Below are positions 60,474 through 64,000 of a DNA stretch of 64,000 nucleotides, piece after piece. Below the pieces are notes generated by a model. The model saw only the letters and a list, made by a program, of their open reading frames with translations, was not told the DNA's origin and did no database searches. The stretch's first letter is position 1; every line of letters starts with the position of its first letter. The stretch comes from a plasmid. The stretch is from sequence record NZ_CP040186.1. The stretch is one strand, 5' to 3'. A program made the translations under genes and the position numbers.

Positions 60474-61211
60474 TCAGTCCAGGTATCGTTCGTAGTCTCT
60501 GGCATGCGCAAAGGCATGCTGTTCAAGTTTGTTATCAGCGGGTGCCGCTGCCCGGAACGCCAGTGAGTTAACAGGATTGTTATTGATGACCAGCTCGTAA
60601 TGCAGATGAGGACCGGATGAACGTCCGCTGTTACCGGATAACGCAATAGCGCCTCCCCGGGTAACCCTGGCCCCTTTAGTAACGAGTATTTTATTGAGGT
60701 GGAGATAGCGAGTTTTAACACCGGCTTTTCCTGTTACTTCAACAAAATATCCCATGGTGCTGTTGTATTCGGCCCGGGTGATTTTTCCGTCGATGACGCT
60801 GACTATTTTCGTGTTCATGGGCATGGAATAATCAATGCCATTATGGGGACTCACTTTTCCCGATACCGGGTTAAGTCTTGCAGGATTGAAAGGCGAACTG
60901 AGTCTTGCTGTGGCCGGTAACGGATAATCGAGACTGCCTTTCCCGGAAGTATCGGAAAGGTTATAGAACTTTTTATCTGATATACGATACGCCGTGTAAT
61001 TAAATGAACCGGACGTAAATTTATAGGCCACGACACGTGATTTTCCCGCTTTCTTTTGCAGTACGAGTTTTAATGATTCATTTTTTTTCAAATGCCGCAG
61101 ATTAAACCGGGAAGGCAAGGAGCGCTGAAGAGTAGCGATCTCGTTCGATTCCAGCCCCGAGCGGGTGGCTGAAAGGTAGGCATTTTCTTTTACGACATCG
61201 GTAGAATACAT
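60474..61211 (-). CDS. M23-family peptidase
   Basis: HNGIDY...GNSGRSSGPHLHYE is the LytM-type motif. Confidence 0.8.
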   Translation of the reverse strand: MYSTDVVKENAYLSATRSGLESNEIATLQRSLPSRFNLRHLKKNESLKLVLQKKAGKSRVVAYKFTSGSFNYTAYRISDKKFYNLSDTSGKGSLDYPLPATARLSSPFNPARLNPVSGKVSPHNGIDYSMPMNTKIVSVIDGKITRAEYNSTMGYFVEVTGKAGVKTRYLHLNKILVTKGARVTRGGAIALSGNSGRSSGPHLHYELVINNNPVNSLAFRAAAPADNKLEQHAFAHARDYERYLD

Positions 61212-61499
61212 TTACTGGAATTCGCCGTTAGCATGAACACTGCGGCGTATGCTAGGGGTTTTCAGGAGGCGTGTCATCTGTCAGTTAATCGGGAGCACCG
61301 TTGATGGTCGTCATTTTTGTAACATATCTTGTTTCCCGTTTGCTCCTGAAGCTCTGGGAACTGTATGACCAGCCCGACGGTGATGATTAACGGGACTGAA
61401 ACAGGTTACGGCAGAGCAATATGGGGCTCATGTCCTGCTACGTAACCCGTCAGTAAAGCCCTGCTGCGCACCTGACGCTAAGCACTAACCCGCCTGCAG

Positions 61500-61949
61500 T
61501 TACCTGGTCGAATACAGCCCGCGAAGCTTTCTTGCCTGCGTCTGATGTGCTTCCGCACCGGCATTATTGACCTGCTCATGCACGAGAGCGGCTTTTTCTC
61601 CGGCATTCAGTTCGTTAAAAGAAGAAGACGAGGTCTTTGAATTTGCATCACTGCCGGACAGCATTTTTTTATGTTCCTCAATCATTTTCTGATGCGCATA
61701 GGACGCGCTGTTGTTCATAAATGAATGAGCAACAATGGCCCTTTCATGTTCATTCATTTCAGAGAATGAGGGCGTGTTGTTTTTATTAACCCTGTCCGGT
61801 AAGTTTTCATGCGTCGAGTAATTCACATGACTGACGGCTGAGGCATTATTAACAAATCGATGTGTTTCATGGGCAATATCACTGGACTGAGCAAAAGCTG
61901 CCCCACAAAATAAAGCTGTAAACGCAGTGGTCGTGATTAATATATTCAT
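61500..61949 (-). CDS. pcoE: PcoE/SilE-family periplasmic copper-binding protein
   Basis: Signal peptide and repeated HE..V/AHSFMNN/HQKMIEEHKKM motifs. Confidence 0.8.
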   Translation of the reverse strand: MNILITTTAFTALFCGAAFAQSSDIAHETHRFVNNASAVSHVNYSTHENLPDRVNKNNTPSFSEMNEHERAIVAHSFMNNSASYAHQKMIEEHKKMLSGSDANSKTSSSSFNELNAGEKAALVHEQVNNAGAEAHQTQARKLRGLYSTR

Positions 61950-62033
61950 GTGTAATTACCTTCTGAGGTACATAAAAGATGTCCTTATGATCATATATAA
62001 AAATAATCAACCTGTGGGGAAGATGACGTAAAT

Positions 62034-62068
62034 GTAATACAGCTATGTACATTACACGATTGTAATGA
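62034..62068. promoter_or_regulatory. Copper-box-like inverted repeats TGTAAT-N12-ATTACA-CGAT-TGTAAT between divergent pcoE and pcoA
   Basis: Palindromic half-sites read directly in the divergent intergenic region. They resemble PcoR/CusR boxes. Confidence 0.45.
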
Positions 62069-62174
62069 ATTTGTTTCTTAAGGTGTGCTAGATTCATTTC
62101 ATTGTAAGTGGATGAACCAGTAATTTAATTTAAATCGGTTCTCGAATTCTGTCAGTAACCATACTTTAAATAAG

Positions 62175-64000
62175 GGAATGCGCATGCTGTTGAAAACGTC
62201 TCGACGAACTTTCCTGAAGGGGTTAACCCTCTCTGGCGTAGCCGGAAGTCTTGGCGTATGGAGTTTCAATGCGCGTTCCAGTCTGAGCCTGCCAGTTGCC
62301 GCATCCCTGCAGGGTACTCAGTTTGACCTGACCATTGGTGAAACGGCCGTCAATATCACGGGCAGTGAGCGTCAGGCCAAAACAATCAATGGAGGCCTGC
62401 CGGGGCCCGTTCTTCGCTGGAAAGAAGGTGACACCATTACCCTGAAGGTCAAAAACCGTCTTAATGAACAGACGTCCATTCACTGGCACGGCATTATTCT
62501 TCCGGCCAATATGGATGGTGTTCCGGGGCTGAGTTTTATGGGCATAGAGCCTGATGATACCTACGTTTACACCTTTAAGGTTAAGCAGAACGGGACTTAC
62601 TGGTACCACAGCCATTCCGGTCTGCAGGAACAGGAGGGGGTATACGGTGCCATTATCATCGATGCCAGGGAGCCAGAACCGTTTACTTACGATCGTGAGC
62701 ATGTGGTCATGTTGTCTGACTGGACCGATGAAAATCCTCACAGCCTGCTGAAAAAATTAAAAAAACAGTCGGATTACTACAATTTCAATAAACCAACCGT
62801 TGGCTCTTTTTTCCGCGACGTGAATACCAGGGGGCTGTCAGCCACCATTGCCGATCGGAAAATGTGGGCTGAAATGAAAATGAATCCGACTGACCTCGCG
62901 GATGTCAGTGGCTACACCTACACCTATCTCATGAACGGGCAGGCCCCGCTGAAAAACTGGACCGGACTGTTCCGTCCCGGTGAAAAGATACGCTTACGGT
63001 TTATCAACGGCTCGGCAATGACCTATTTCGATATCCGTATCCCCGGGCTGAAAATGACGGTCGTGGCTGCAGATGGCCAGTATGTAAACCCGGTTACCGT
63101 TGACGAATTCAGGATTGCCGTTGCCGAAACCTATGATGTCATTGTGGAGCCTCAGGGTGAGGCCTATACCATCTTCGCACAATCCATGGACAGGACCGGT
63201 TACGCTCGAGGGACACTGGCCACGAGAGAGGGGTTAAGTGCTGCCGTTCCCCCCCTCGATCCCCGTCCTCTGTTGACCATGGAAGATATGGGTATGGGGG
63301 GAATGGGACATGATATGGCAGGAATGGACCACAGCCAGATGGGAGGCATGGATAACAGCGGAGAGATGATGTCTATGGACGGTGCTGACCTTCCGGATAG
63401 CGGGACATCCTCCGCGCCCATGGATCACAGCAGCATGGCCGGTATGGATCATTCCCGGATGGCCGGAATGCCGGGTATGCAAAGTCATCCTGCGTCAGAA
63501 ACGGATAACCCACTGGTTGATATGCAGGCGATGAGCGTCTCTCCGAAATTAAATGATCCGGGTATTGGTCTTCGAAATAACGGAAGAAAGGTTCTCACGT
63601 ACGCGGATTTGAAAAGCCGCTTTGAGGATCCTGACGGACGTGAACCTGGCCGTACCATAGAACTGCATTTAACCGGCCACATGGAAAAGTTTGCCTGGTC
63701 ATTTAACGGAATCAAGTTTTCAGATGCCGCACCGGTGCTGCTGAAATACGGTGAGCGGCTCAGGATCACGCTGATCAACGATACCATGATGACTCACCCC
63801 ATTCACCTGCATGGTATGTGGAGCGATCTGGAAGATGAAAACGGTAATTTCATGGTTCGTAAACACACAATAGATGTTCCCCCTGGTACAAAACGCAGTT
63901 ACAGAGTGACAGCAGATGCGCTTGGCCGCTGGGCGTATCACTGCCATTTGCTCTATCACATGGAAATGGGAATGTTTCGTGAAGTCCGGGTGGAGGAATG
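62175..64000 (+). CDS. pcoA: Multicopper oxidase PcoA (3' end lies beyond the window)
   Basis: Tat signal RRTFLKG, HWHG, HSH, a Met-rich MGMGGMGHDMAGMDH region, and HCHLLYHMEMGM. Confidence 0.9.

Overview
This window reads as a mosaic segment of a large enterobacterial (Klebsiella-type) F-like multireplicon resistance plasmid. All calls below rest on reading the translated ORFs and the DNA directly, with family and motif recognition from memory. No database search was possible.

Recognisable modules, in order along the window:
- 0.2-2.5 kb: a diverged IS3-family element with an IS30 nested inside it.
- 3.6-5.9 kb: an IncFII-like replicon (copB/repA2, candidate copA RNA, tap leader, GTG-start repA1, origin region).
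- 6.0-6.6 kb: a PLD-family nuclease.
- 7-12.3 kb: a nest of insertion sequences (two different truncated IS110-family genes split by an IS21-family element, then a truncated IS3-family copy).
- 12.9-13.7 kb: a GNAT-toxin/DUF1778-antitoxin pair (KacAT/TacAT type).
- 14.6-16.0 kb: an IS4321/IS5075-like IS1111-group element with a frameshifted transposase.
- 16.1-20.4 kb: a complete arsRDABC operon.
- 20.5-21.2 kb: IS1.
- 21.9-24.4 kb: a SopAB-like partition module with a sopC-like 7 x 43-bp centromere.
- 24.5-26.4 kb: a RepFIB-type replicon with flanking iterons.
- 26.9-27.6 kb: a ResD-like tyrosine recombinase.
- 27.9-28.5 kb: a parDE module with a decayed toxin.
- 28.7-30.4 kb: an AT-rich island holding a roughly 555-aa P-loop NTPase gene split at a homopolymer.
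- 31.0-32.2 kb: a HEPN-motif protein and a small partner gene.
- 32.65-35.7 kb: a high-GC translationally coupled operon whose first gene fuses a RelB/DinJ-like N-terminus to a repeat-containing C-terminus.
- 36.2-40.6 kb: a Pseudomonas-type, high-GC phosphite-oxidation operon ptxABCDE bracketed by inverted partial IS5-family copies.
- 42.06 kb: a solitary Tn21/Tn1721-type 38-bp inverted repeat.
- 42.3-45.8 kb: IS5 and two nested IS407-group elements.
- 46.0-47.3 kb: an intact 1229-bp IS3-family copy.
- 47.3 kb to the window end: the silver/copper island (DUF305, silE, silSR, silCFBA, silG, silP, DUF2933 protein, M23 peptidase, pcoE, 5' pcoA) with SilR/CusR-type boxes.

The stretches most likely to hold undescribed biology are the AT-rich NTPase/HEPN region (28.7-32.2 kb) and the DinJ-fusion operon (32.65-35.7 kb). 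The ptx cargo and several decayed or frameshifted mobile genes are also notable.
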